Below, one piece after another: positions 21,899 to 33,010 of a stretch of DNA of 64,000 nt. A program made the translations under genes and the position numbers. Origin of the DNA: Carpediemonas membranifera BICM (Eukaryota > Protista > Fornicata); NCBI GenBank assembly GCA_019828565.1, contig JAHDYR010000009.1:248001-312000 (forward strand), written 5' to 3'. Position 1 is the stretch's first letter. The number at the start of each line of letters is the position of its first letter. A model generated the notes under the pieces. That model did no database searches. It saw nothing but the letters and a program-made list of their open reading frames with translations, and was not told the origin of the DNA.

Positions 21899-22901
21899 AT
21901 GGGAAAACGTACAAACATCCCTAGAGACGGCGAGAACGCCGCGTTTGACGATGAAATTGAGGATTTAATCACGTATGATACCAGAAACGCATCCGTTATA
22001 CAGCCGATTCATCTTCCACATCCCCGAAACCGAGCTTGCGGAGTCCAACCGCTTCCTCCATCACGTTGAGAAGGCCCACTGGTCATATATAGATGATTCA
22101 CGCTCCAAAAACCCTAAGCTTCCCCATTTGAAGTGGAAAGACTTTGTCCGGGCCTTTGTTGACCGCATCCCAGCATCGGTGATCACAAACATCAAGGACT
22201 ACGACCTAGAGGAGAACCTGAAGAGCTTTGCAGCCTACCAGGGCAACATCCCAACCCGTGGCATCATCGCTCTTTCTGCGGACTGCCGCCGCGCCCTCTT
22301 TATTGAGAGCATGGCCTGCCCCAAATGTTGGTCTCTTCCCAAGGGCAAGCGGGAAGAGGACGAAAGCGACTTCGACTGCGCCATCAGAGAGGCGAGGGAG
22401 GAGACCGGTTTCGACTTTACTCCATTTGTCAGGCCCGAGTCCCAGCAACAGGCCGGGGTGGATTACATTGAGATGAAGGAGAAGAAGATCCGAGGCCACG
22501 TCATATTCTACATTGCACGGGCCGTGCCTGAGGATTACGACTACCAGCCGACCTGCCGCGGAGAGGTGAGTTCCATCCGGTTCCATCGCATTGATAAGGC
22601 CATCAAGAACGAACGCGGGATCCGTTACACCTATCTCGCTCAGTGCGTCCTGAAGCAGTTGCCTGGGGTGATCGCGAACCTCCCTGGGGTGTCGAACGGC
22701 AAGACCCGGCGTGGCATGAAGCGGCCGCAACGAAAGGAGAAACCCCTGGCGGTAGAGGTGTGCGACAGCGAGGATAAGCATTCTTCGATTCTCCGCACAC
22801 CTGTGGCGCCGGTGGGCCGCTGCTTCCCCGAGGACATTGGCCGTGTCGTGCTGACCCGCGGACCCGTGGCGGACAGACTTATGATGGCACTGCTGGCCTG
22901 A
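21899..22901 (+). CDS. DCP2: mRNA decapping enzyme Dcp2 (Nudix)
   Basis: join(21899..21972,22004..22901) with a 31-nt intron. Box A EDLITRFI...EKAHWSYID; Nudix box WSLPKGKREEDESDFDCAIREAREETG. Confidence 0.9.
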
Positions 22902-23112
22902 GGTGCACGGTGGCTGGCTTCATTGGTTGTAGCCGTCCATGACGATTATATGGTGGTGAGGCATACCCTGGGGGTGTTATCGGGCATGTAAATGGCTGGC
23001 TGGCTTGACTGGGCGTCTGTGAGAGGCTGCGGGCCTATGCAGCGAGGCTACCGGGACCTGTGTCGTGTCATTATCATGCTGTATCCATGGTCCCGGCAAA
23101 CATGCTCTCCAT

Positions 23113-23805
23113 ATGACCACTAAGCCCCTGATCTTGAAGCCCATCGAAAAGAGCACTTTTGCCCGAACAACCTCTGCGATTTTTGAAATGTCGAAGAAGC
23201 CAACAAACCCGGCCTTTAAGGTTCGCGCTGCATCTCCTACTATCTTCCGGAAGTACTATGAGCGTGGTGATCTCCCTATCGCTGTTGAGCACCATGCTAT
23301 CGGCAACAAGATCCAATGGAAGGTAGAAATCGAGAAGCTCGACTACCACCACTACCTGCCAGTCTTCTTTGAGGGTCTGCGTGAGAAGCAGCACCCCTAC
23401 AAGTTCCTGGCCCGCGAAGGCGTTGCCAACATGCTCGAGCACGGCGGTGGCAAGATTCTCCCCGTAATCCCGCAACTCATCATCCCGATCAAGAAGGCGC
23501 TCAACACCCGTGACCCCGAGATCATCTGCAACGTCCTCGAGGTTCTCCAGCTCCTCGTGGTAAGCGGAGAGATGGTCGGCGAGGCGCTCGTCCCCTACTA
23601 CCGCCAGATCCTCCCCGTCCTTAACCTGTTCAAGAACAAGAACGTCAACCTGGGCGATCGCATCGAATACGGGCAGAGGAAGCGCCAGAACATCGGCGAC
23701 TTGATCCAGGAGACCCTCGAGCTGCTCGAGCTCCACGGTGGTGATGACGCCTTTATCAACCTCAAGTACATGATCGCCACGTATGAGTCGGTCGTACTCA
23801 ACTAA
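23113..23805 (+). CDS. PACRG: parkin co-regulated protein (axonemal)
   Basis: [38 protein letters not shown]. Confidence 0.96.
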   Translation: MTTKPLILKPIEKSTFARTTSAIFEMSKKPTNPAFKVRAASPTIFRKYYERGDLPIAVEHHAIGNKIQWKVEIEKLDYHHYLPVFFEGLREKQHPYKFLAREGVANMLEHGGGKILPVIPQLIIPIKKALNTRDPEIICNVLEVLQLLVVSGEMVGEALVPYYRQILPVLNLFKNKNVNLGDRIEYGQRKRQNIGDLIQETLELLELHGGDDAFINLKYMIATYESVVLN

Positions 23806-23969
23806 GCCTTGTAAATTTGCCATAAACTGCTGGGAGATCTCGACTGTGGAAGGGTCTCGTGGCCGGCTGGAAGAGGGCTGGGAGAGGCGTGCACTGCTTC
23901 ACTGAAGGTACTGTTGATGACTCAATCGCCTCTTAACCAGTCTAGCTCGACTGTGCAACAAACACCATC

Positions 23970-24647
23970 ATGCCACCAAAGCCAAAGGCGTCTGCCAAGG
24001 ACACCCAGGCGCTATCACTAGACGACGATAAGGACTTTAGTTCGGATTCTGATGTCTCAGACGCAGAGGTTGAGCAGAAACGCGTCTACGTCGAGGATAT
24101 CCAGGAATTCTGCATTCCCACCGGGACGTACCACCAGCCATCACTCTATCGTCTTTTAATCTACGCAAAGTACGGCCCAACTCGCGATGGGAAGCTCTAC
24201 GGCGGCCGCCAAGGAGCACACGAACTGTCCGACTTCGAACTGAACGAAATGGTCAACACCGAGCGGAACGACGACATCTGCTTCGTCTACACAGGCTCCC
24301 GCAAATACATTACCCCCGAGCTGCGCCGGGACATCCTCGCGGAGGTTCCTAAGGACTTCCTCCCCATCACCCACCCCCTGAGGGCGCAGATCGCCGCACT
24401 CTTCGACAGCGTCCCTAAGGATGATGACGGGGGCATGACCTTTGCTGCAGTGCAGGCTGTGGTGCTTGACTATCATGCAGAGATTATCCACGAGTGCCAG
24501 CTGGCCACAGTGTCGAGGGCCCCAAAGATTCGGGCGAACGGGATAACCAACGACTTCGATACGACTGTGGTGTTCCAGGGGGCTGTGGATCGGACCGATC
24601 GGGAGCGGAGGAAGGCGAAGATGGCCGCGGATTACGGGGCGGTGTGA
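23970..24647 (+). CDS. hypothetical protein
   Basis: 225-aa ORF with host-like codon usage. Confidence 0.6.
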   Translation: MPPKPKASAKDTQALSLDDDKDFSSDSDVSDAEVEQKRVYVEDIQEFCIPTGTYHQPSLYRLLIYAKYGPTRDGKLYGGRQGAHELSDFELNEMVNTERNDDICFVYTGSRKYITPELRRDILAEVPKDFLPITHPLRAQIAALFDSVPKDDDGGMTFAAVQAVVLDYHAEIIHECQLATVSRAPKIRANGITNDFDTTVVFQGAVDRTDRERRKAKMAADYGAV

Positions 24648-25076
24648 GAGATGGGATGGAGTAAACGGCATGCGATGATTGCTGATGATATTGTTGGGGC
24701 GGAGTACATTGGGTTGGGGCAGTTATTGGGTCAACCTTGCTGGTCATCGCTCACGACCCTGACTTAGTGTGGAGTCGACCTTGGTGGCACTATTGAAGCG
24801 GGCACCCTGAATACTCATGGCACGGACCTGTCGCGTCCCTTAGGGGCCATGGTATCGCCCATGTCATCAGCTATATCGGGATAATGGCCGAACCAAACTT
24901 ACCACCACATAGGGCTGTTACAGCGAAATGCATACGAGCTTGCAGTTCTCAGTTCAACACCCAAACTCCAAACTGATGATATCAAGCCTCTCTTCTTTCA
25001 ATTCGCCGCGTGCCCCACACATTATTAAAAACTTTTGCATGAAAAAAAGTGCTTGCAAGCGCGAGAAAGCCCGGAT

Positions 25077-26042
25077 ATGATCCCTACTCTTTCTGTTTAC
25101 GCCATCGATGCCGAGAAGAAGGCTACCAAGGAGGTTAACACCCCTGCTGTTTTCAGCGCCCCTGTCAGAGCTGACATCATCCAGTTCACTCACACTCAGC
25201 TGAACAAGAACCACCGTCAGGCTTACGGCCGCTTCAAGTACGCTTCTCTCGACACCACCTCCCACTCCTGGGGTGTTGGCCGCGCTCTTGCCCGTGTTCC
25301 CCGTGTCTCTGGCTCTGGTACCGCTCGCTCCGGCCAGGCTCACGGCGGCAACATGTGCCGTGGTGGCCGTATGTTCTCCCCCGTTCGCGTCACCCGCCGC
25401 CTTTACCGCAAGGTGAACCTTCCCGTCAAGCGCTACGCCGTCACCTCCGCTATCGCTGCCACCGCCAACCCCTCTTTCCTTCTTGGCCGCGGCCACCTTG
25501 TTGAGAACGTCCCCCAGGTTCCTCTGATCCTCGACAACTCCGTTGAGTCTATCACCCGCACCAAGGATGCCATCAAGGCCCTCGAGATGGTCGGCGCCTA
25601 CGCTGACTGCGAGAAGGTCAAGGACACCAAGAAGACCCGCGCTGGCCACGGCAAGTGGCGCAACCGCCGCTACAAGCAGCGTAAGGGCCCCATGGTTGTC
25701 TACGCTGAGGACAACGGCATCGCCCGCTCCTTCCGCAACATCGCTGGCGTGACTGTCGCCAAGGTTGATGCCCTCAACCTCCTCGACCTCGCCCCCGGTG
25801 GCCACATGGGCCGCTTCGTCATCTGGACTGAGGGTGCCATCGCCAAGCTCGACGAGATCTACGCCGCCAAGATGCACCGCGGCATCTCCACCGAGACTGA
25901 GCTCAAGAACGTTCTCGAGAACGACGCCGTCAAGGCTGCCCTCCGCGCCCCCATCCGCACCAAGAAGTACTTCCAGATCAAGCGCAACGGCCTCAAGAAC
26001 CGCGCCTTCGGCAAGAAGCTCAACCCCGCCATGGGCAAGTAA
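25077..26042 (+). CDS. RPL4: 60S ribosomal protein L4 (uL4)
   Basis: SWGVGRALARVPRV, GNMCRGGRMF, LNLLDLAPGGHMGRFVIWTE. Confidence 0.98.
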   Translation: MIPTLSVYAIDAEKKATKEVNTPAVFSAPVRADIIQFTHTQLNKNHRQAYGRFKYASLDTTSHSWGVGRALARVPRVSGSGTARSGQAHGGNMCRGGRMFSPVRVTRRLYRKVNLPVKRYAVTSAIAATANPSFLLGRGHLVENVPQVPLILDNSVESITRTKDAIKALEMVGAYADCEKVKDTKKTRAGHGKWRNRRYKQRKGPMVVYAEDNGIARSFRNIAGVTVAKVDALNLLDLAPGGHMGRFVIWTEGAIAKLDEIYAAKMHRGISTETELKNVLENDAVKAALRAPIRTKKYFQIKRNGLKNRAFGKKLNPAMGK

Positions 26043-26146
26043 GCTAGTAAATGGACTCCGGGTCATTTAACTTTGACCAGCCACACTTGCTTCCGGCCAA
26101 GTCGTTTTCGCACTTTATGCCAAAACGCCCGCGTACTTTCTGACTC

Positions 26147-26662
26147 ATGAACAACATTCCCGGCGTTAAAGTGATCAAAGCAGCGAAAAGCGTCACGCCT
26201 GGAAAGACTCCGAGGAAGGAAACGCCAAAAATGACCCCAGGAACTACAAAACGTATGCGTTCAGTGCAAAGGACCACCCCGAGGAGCAAACCAGCGCCAC
26301 CCGCTGTTGTTTACGAGGATATATCTGATATTTTGAAACTGTGCAATGCCAAGAGTCAATCTGCGGCAACCACGATCAAAATGAGCCTTCTTCGACACAA
26401 TCTCAAGCGCATCCTTGCTGCTACCGAACGAGCTGCTGCTGCCCGCTCAGTAGAGCGCCCTCATGTTGTCCATAAGCAGCACGTTGAGATCCCCGCCTCC
26501 GCCTGTACCCGCATCCTTGAATCACACCGCCGCCAGACAGCAATGCCCGACGAGTGGGCAGGCGAGTGGGCCATGACGACCGTGCAGGTTAGGGCTAAGA
26601 AACCAGTCGTGTCGGCAGATGGGCGAGCCCGGATGATGAGGAACCTGCGGCTGCCGGAGTGA
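26147..26662 (+). CDS. hypothetical basic protein
   Basis: 171-aa ORF; no recognised motif. Confidence 0.5.
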   Translation: MNNIPGVKVIKAAKSVTPGKTPRKETPKMTPGTTKRMRSVQRTTPRSKPAPPAVVYEDISDILKLCNAKSQSAATTIKMSLLRHNLKRILAATERAAAARSVERPHVVHKQHVEIPASACTRILESHRRQTAMPDEWAGEWAMTTVQVRAKKPVVSADGRARMMRNLRLPE

Positions 26663-26794
26663 GGCGGCGGGGCGGGGTGGCTGTTCATTGATTCGATAAA
26701 TGCATCGTTGCCTGTATGTCCAGCTGTGGATCAACCTTTGCTGCCGACACCACAATGGTGCAGATTATGCCAAGAATTGTGGAGTGCGGTGAGC

Positions 26795-27221
26795 ATGAGC
26801 GCTAAGAGCAGATTTGAGGCTTTTGTTAACCATAGAGTCCGCGTTGCTGTGCATGGAAACAGAGAGATGGTCGGAACACTCATGGCGTTTGACCAGCATC
26901 TCAATCTTGTATTGAACGACGCTGAAGAGATCAGAAAGGTCGGAAAGCGTGCAGATGGTATGTAACTGCCTTACACTTCACACAGATGCTCGTACAGAGA
27001 AGCGTGCGCTCGGCATGATCATTCTTCGCGGCGAGGAGGTCATTCACTTCCACAGCGAAGGCTCGCCTGCCTCGACTGGTGTGCGCACAGGTATCCTTGG
27101 TGTTGCGCAGGCCGATCCAGCTGCGTCCGCGGGTCTGGGCCGTGCTTCCACGGCAACGGCCGGTGGATTCCTCAGTGCGGCAACGAACAAGGCGGTGCCG
27201 GGCACTGTTCCGTCCTCTTGA
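26795..27221 (+). CDS. SNRPB: snRNP protein SmB
   Basis: join(26795..26957,26986..27221) with a 28-nt intron. Sm1 GTLMAFDQHLNLVLNDAEE; Sm2 EKRALGMIILRGE. Confidence 0.9.
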
Positions 27222-27750
27222 AGCATCCTTGGTTGATTTATCGTGGAAATAAAGCGCATTAGGACCCATGTGCGGTGTGTGCTATCCTGCTCGGCGACAA
27301 AGTGAAGTCTGCTATAGACGATTGAGAGTTACTTTACTGCTTGCACTGTGCACTCTATGATACTTCATTACCTCTTCCCGCTCTCCCTTCCTTCTTCTTG
27401 AGAGTGATATTTCGATAGTCAGTCATCATCGTCGGGGGTCATCAATCAGTGCTTCTCCAGTCCTCTCGCCAAGCAACTAGCTTCCCACCTATCGTCTACC
27501 CCATCTTACTTCCATCCACTCTCTTCTGCTTGTCGTATTTCGGGGTCTTGATCATGACGTCTTTGCATCATCACCATGGCCTTCCATCGCACAGCGGGCT
27601 CTTCTATGCCGCTGCCTGAAGATAAAACACTTCAGTTCTTCTAATTCTCGCCATTATCACTGCATAGTCTCGTTCATTAAACGTCTGTCGTCTTTGATGT
27701 GTGTTGTTAACAAGTGATCGGTTCATTCACCGCAAAACGCAGAGCTTCAC

Positions 27751-29700
27751 ATGACCAGCATCTATACGGTCAAGTTCTCCATATCCTCCATTCTCCATAA
27801 CCGTAGAAACGTGATTCCTTTCATCGCGGACTTCTACGCCGGATTGGAGAACAGGCTCTGCTCGTTCACGAAGGCCAAGTTCTTTCATACTTGCCTTCTG
27901 TCATACATCGCCGCGTGTTGCCACCACGCCAATCTCTCCTTGCCCGTGCATGACCAGGCTCTGCACCAGGCCATCGTTATCGTCGCCTACCGGCGAAGTG
28001 GAGAGTACCGAAACCTCGCCGCCGACTCACTCGTCGACCGCTTCCTGGGCGCGAAAAAATACACCGCAGTTCGGCAGGTTGTCACCTCAATAGCCGAGAT
28101 GCCACTGTGGCATGACGAGTTCATCATCCGCCTCAGCACCGCCCTCAGGGCAGCTCGTCAACAGTGCCCTCGCGAGTTCGACGTGTGGCTGGGCGAATAT
28201 GCTACGAGCACCAAGCTGTGGCTCGTCAATGCCCTTGAAGGTTACTGCTGGCGCCTGGCGAAGATCATCACTCGGGTCGACACTGCCCTGACTCAGCGTG
28301 ACCCAGACGTGCCCCGGGATGACATCACCCGGTTGCGCACCGAACAACGCGCTGTCAAGGCGATCGTTGATGAGCACCTTGCAAAGATCTCAACTCCGGG
28401 ACGAGTCGACGAGGGCGTTCTACTCACGCTGCCCTGCGTCTGGCGGATCTCCGCGGCTCCGGGAGAGCTCACGGATATGGTTGCGGCATTCAACCCCGCC
28501 CATCCACCTCTTCCGGGTGATAAGCCGCTGGCTGGCCCCAAGCTTGTTCCGATGGCTCCGGTCCGCCCCGGGTTCATGCACGTTCCCTGTTCTCTCAACG
28601 TGCTGAACCCGGCTTGGCTTGCCCAACTTGGGGTCGACCCGGAGCATCACGCCACTGAGCGCATGACGCGAGAGCAGCTGGAGGCTCTTCCTCCGAACAT
28701 CCGTCGGGTGCTGTCTGTCAAGGCAGATGGGGTCGCCGTGGACCTCACGGTCCAAGTTGGTGCTCTGCCATACGTCAGAAGAAGTGCCAGTGGCAACCCG
28801 ACGATGAAGCGAAAGGCTCGGGAGCGTCTGGGTGTGGATGACGCGGATGCTCGCCCCGCGCCAGACCCCGATGCCCACCTCATGGGTTTCGACCCGGGCG
28901 CGAGGTCCATCGGAGGGTATTAAATCAGGCACCCCGATGGCACCACCAGCTCCGGCGTCCTTCCAAAGTGCGGATACACTAAGACGCCAAGTTTCGGCTT
29001 TGATATGACGGCCGCGTCGTTCAAGAGCACAAGACTAGTGAGTATCAACAACTCTATTAGGTTTGTGCTGGACAACGCGAACGACATTTTCGAGGCTGGA
29101 AAGCGTAAGTCTTTCCGCCGAGTGCGCTTTGCGAACCACATCCTTCGCCAGAAGCACTTCGCCCGCTGCGGCCAACAGTTGGCTCGGGAGTTCGGTTGGC
29201 TTCGCCACCATCCCATCGCCACCCCCATTCGCCTGAAAGTCTTCTACGGGAGCTCGGGATTCACCACGCCTGCTGGTATGTTCATTCCTTGCGCGCCATA
29301 TCGAAAGTTCGCGAGAGAGATAGTTTCCCTTCTCAAGGGGTATAACATTGTCGTCGATCTTAACATGGTTAACGAGGATCGCACCACCGTCGTCTGCCCT
29401 CACTGCCACGCCCCCTACAAGCGAGTTCGTCCGCGTGATGACCAGCACGTTCACCCACATCGTGTGATGCTCTGCGAAAATCCACAGTGCCGTGGTGCTC
29501 AGTGGCGCGCAACAGTTCCTGATGCTCTGAATGTTGATCATCGGGACAAGAGTGCTGCAGAGAACATCCTGTGGCGTTCTCTTGCCACGGAAGATGAGCT
29601 CAGTGGCTCTCCGTTCAGTCGCACATTGATCCCGCGCCTTCCAACATCATTCCAGTATCATCAATTGGCTAACCGCCAACATTCGTCTACGGACGGATGA
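27751..29700 (+). mobile_element. full-length Fanzor1-like nuclease (about 650 codons) interrupted by one in-frame TAA at 28921-28923
   Basis: ORFs 27751-28923 and 29005-29700 are in the same frame. KADGVAV, GFDPG, VFYG, NEDRTTVVCPHC, CENPQC, HRDKSAAENI. Colinear with the 18621-19892 protein. Confidence 0.9.
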
Positions 29701-29779
29701 TGTTGTACAGTTTGGCACTTTGATCGTTCCTTTCAGGCCCTGTCTGGAGGTTCGAACAATGTGTTTATACTGCGCAACA
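29662..29779 (+). ncRNA. candidate Fanzor omegaRNA scaffold, copy B
   Basis: Hairpins ttggc-taacc-gccaa, cattcgtc-TACG-gacggatg and tttcaggc-cct-gtctggag. Long-range stem 29701-29711/29769-29779. Shared 28-nt end motif at 29752-29779. Confidence 0.7.
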
Positions 29780-29792
29780 CACAAAGACATCA

Positions 29793-31214
29793 ATGATGGA
29801 TCGTCGCGATAGATTGGTCCAGAATGAAATGCTAGACGTCCTGTCAAGGATGTATGGCTCAGAGAATGACATTGCTCTGCTCCGAATCATCTTAGCTGAG
29901 CGTTTCAGCGCTCTTCCGGGTGTTCGTCGTGCTGACGTCGCTTTCAATCGCACAGAAGGTGAAAACGGAGCCACCATATCATACAATGCTGTTCCAAACC
30001 TCACCAACACAGATTGGCGGAACTTGCGGCTGTTTGTCGGTCTGACGAGCGGCAAGCCCATCGGAGAGATCAGTGGCGCCGTTCTGAACAAGCTCCCTGG
30101 ATTCATGCACGCTAAGGGGTCTAGTACGTGGAGCAAGCCTATCAGGGGGCCCACGACCACCAAATACTCTGCCTTCATCTCTGACATCGGCCTCTTCAAC
30201 TCTCTCCGAAACGCATGGACAGTTGGGACTGATAAGACGGATAGCGAGGAGGAGCAGGCGTCCCACAACCACGCATGTACCACAGCGTACGCGGAAGTGG
30301 TCCGTACGGGCCCTACTACTGGCATTTACGACATCCTCGCTGCCCCATCGACCTTCGCCATTGCCCCTCCCCGCCGCATGTTTACGAGCTGGTTTGGCGT
30401 CCTCCGTGCCTTTTGGTCAACCCGGGAGATATCCAAGGTCACGATCACTGCCTCTGAGGCGATCAAGTCCCTTGAACCCCGTGACAACAAGGCTGGCCTC
30501 GCCATGGGCTTATTCAAGAACAACATGAAGTTCTCCCACGGGCGGCCAGTCAAGGGGTTCCAGGCCTCAGCCTCAGCAGAGGCAGCAATGGTCAAGCCCA
30601 AGGCCCGGGCCCCACCGGTTCCCCAGGGTCGAGTCGAGGCGGCACTATCCCTGACCAACCCTCTTGGGCCATGGTCATGGGCCCCAGCGCTGACTACCGG
30701 TGTCTCCGCCGGTGTTCTCCGGGCCCGCTCATCTGACAGTGGAAGCAAGGATGCTTCTTTCCACGACCGGTTCCACTTGGGCGGAGGTGCTCTCCGCCAC
30801 TTCCAGGCGAAGAAGGTGGGACCATGCGAGCCCCGCAGCCCGATGTGCCCTGAGGCGCCGGTGTCTGTCGGCGTCGACTGGCTTGGCGGCGACACATACT
30901 GGAACAGTTATGTCGGGGCAAATGTGCCCATGCCCATCCACAGGCTGGCTGACATCCCAAAGGTCGGCCGTTTCCTCCAGGCGGCCCAGGGTCTGAAGGA
31001 TGTCATATTTGCTCATGTATACGGTAACGCCGGCGGGTTGACTCTCGGCAAGGATCCCAGGGCGCTGATCAAGGATATCCGCTGTTCAGTGGGGGCCGGG
31101 GTGCTGGTGAGGACCGGTGGTGGGCTGATGGAGATCGGGCTGGGCGTGCCCCTGTGCTTCCAGCCATTCGACGTCACGCAGGGCCTTGTGTTCGGGGTGG
31201 GGCTCGAGCTGTGA
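29793..31214 (+). CDS. SAM50: Sam50/Omp85 beta-barrel assembly protein
   Basis: DRFHLGG.ALRHF, LGGDTYW, IRCSVGAGVL, and a C-terminal beta-signal-like LVFGVGLEL. Confidence 0.8.
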   Translation: MMDRRDRLVQNEMLDVLSRMYGSENDIALLRIILAERFSALPGVRRADVAFNRTEGENGATISYNAVPNLTNTDWRNLRLFVGLTSGKPIGEISGAVLNKLPGFMHAKGSSTWSKPIRGPTTTKYSAFISDIGLFNSLRNAWTVGTDKTDSEEEQASHNHACTTAYAEVVRTGPTTGIYDILAAPSTFAIAPPRRMFTSWFGVLRAFWSTREISKVTITASEAIKSLEPRDNKAGLAMGLFKNNMKFSHGRPVKGFQASASAEAAMVKPKARAPPVPQGRVEAALSLTNPLGPWSWAPALTTGVSAGVLRARSSDSGSKDASFHDRFHLGGGALRHFQAKKVGPCEPRSPMCPEAPVSVGVDWLGGDTYWNSYVGANVPMPIHRLADIPKVGRFLQAAQGLKDVIFAHVYGNAGGLTLGKDPRALIKDIRCSVGAGVLVRTGGGLMEIGLGVPLCFQPFDVTQGLVFGVGLEL

Positions 31215-31917
31215 GTGTTAAACGAGGGGTTGTAAACTGGGTAGTATATATAAATGGTTTTATGTAAATGTTGCAGTGTGGGAGGGTCAAGAGTGTCCGT
31301 CGTCGGGCTTGTCGTCCAGCTCATGAGGTCGACCCGGCTCTCACCCGATGGCCGGGGCAGACTGGGTGCTAGCACTGCATAGCATCGAGTGAGTTAGAGG
31401 TCACCGGCGTCAACTCGCACTGTCATGCTTGGTGCTACTCCAAAGCTTCTCATCATCATCGGGAGCGAGTGGTCGTATCACATAGTCGAACAGTGGCGAG
31501 AATGAAGCCAACTCGCAGAGGGCGAGGACAATCATTGTCCACCCACGCCCCAAAGGAGACGCATGCAAGAACTGAAGAGCACCACAGGTGAGAGGGTCCA
31601 CCAGTGTTCACAGGACACTCAGCAGGGCATGAAGTCAAGGCTGATGAATATGTCGCCTTGCCGTTGTGGCTGGCCCGAATGTCGTCCTAAGCGAGTCTTG
31701 GCAGTGAATTCCACGAATCTGCTTTGCTGCACTGACCAGACGTCTGTGTCATCTCGTCAACTGATTTCATCTGCGCAGACACCCGCCCATCGCCCAGAGG
31801 GATAGCTGGACCAGCTTTGTTCGCCTCTGAACCGCAGGACTGCCGATCCTCACTCTTTACGGTAAAGTGCAGGTTATGTCATAAACGAACGCCGACTAGA
31901 AATTCTTCCTAACTTCG

Positions 31918-32706
31918 ATGGATTATGCAGAAGAGGATGTGTACGAAAGCGTTTTAGCGGCTGCTGATGAGACTAACTACTCAGACATGATGCCAGAGGA
32001 CTTAGATCCGATAGATCCGCTGATGGACGACGGCCTAGCGAGCGAGCACGCCTTTACTGTCGAAAACAGGCTCACAAGCGAGCGTATTAGGCGTGAAGCC
32101 GATGAATTCCAGAACCAGGAGCTCATTGATGAAGCGAAACGGCACCGGGACCTCCAGCGTGAGGCCAACATCACCACAAGAGAACAGGAGTGGTTTGACC
32201 GGAGCACGGCCGAGATCATGGGGCGGAAGGAGTACTTCAACCTTGTTGAGAAAGAAAAGCGCCACAAGATTGCTGACGGGCGAGAGAAGCTCCGTATGAC
32301 AATCAGCATCAAGAAGAACCTCGACAAACAGACCGCTGCGAGACAGCGGGAGATCGACGAGCACCGCTCAGCCACTGTGGACGCCGCGGGCAAGGACTAC
32401 TACCAGCGACAGGCCCACCATTGTTTGGAAATCGCCCGAGCGAAGGTGGAGGCCGACATCAAGCGGGAGGAAGTGTTCGCGGCAGAGCACAAGGCTGCAT
32501 ACGAAGCCAAGGTGGAAAAGAAGCGCGAGGAATACCGCAAACGGCGTGAGAACAAGGAACTGAACGAGAGGAGAGAGCTCGCCGCCCTCAAGCGAGACGA
32601 GGCGACCAAAGCCAGGCGCGAGGCCGAGTGGGCGGAGTGGAAGGCGAGGAACGGGGCCAAGAAGCGTCTCTTCGACGTGGCGGGCTGTGCGACGGTGTGT
32701 CTCTAA
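31918..32706 (+). CDS. coiled-coil hypothetical protein
   Basis: E/K/R-rich helical 262-aa ORF. Confidence 0.65.
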   Translation: MDYAEEDVYESVLAAADETNYSDMMPEDLDPIDPLMDDGLASEHAFTVENRLTSERIRREADEFQNQELIDEAKRHRDLQREANITTREQEWFDRSTAEIMGRKEYFNLVEKEKRHKIADGREKLRMTISIKKNLDKQTAARQREIDEHRSATVDAAGKDYYQRQAHHCLEIARAKVEADIKREEVFAAEHKAAYEAKVEKKREEYRKRRENKELNERRELAALKRDEATKARREAEWAEWKARNGAKKRLFDVAGCATVCL

Positions 32707-33010
32707 CCTCTGAGAGCATGGCAGGATTGTGTGGCTGGTTGGGCAGCAGTGGTGGGCCTGTAATAAGTAGGGACGGTGGATGGGTCGTTGTATCATAAAG
32801 CCCGCGTGCTACGATGTATCCGGCATCCTATTTGCTGGAATGGGTGAAACCATCAGATATTCGACGATTTCTAGATTACCTCAGGATTTCGCCCAAGCAC
32901 AGTGGTAGCCGAGCCCCAGATTCGTTGACTGAGTCAGCTGACACGATAACGCAGTCAATCTTACGGTTTCAAATTATCGAAGTGAGATTTGCGAAAGCCC
33001 GCGGTGTGTA

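Noticed and set aside
27330-27690. Transposase remnant upstream of Fanzor B
   Set aside because: Pyrimidine-rich and atypical, but no ORF or motif I can identify.
28921-28923. TAA reassigned to Gln (hexamitid code) or removed by an intron in Fanzor B
   Set aside because: TAA terminates beta-tubulin, RPL4 and Rpn11 here. The local GT-AG option (gtattaaatcag) is 12 nt and deletes aligned residues.
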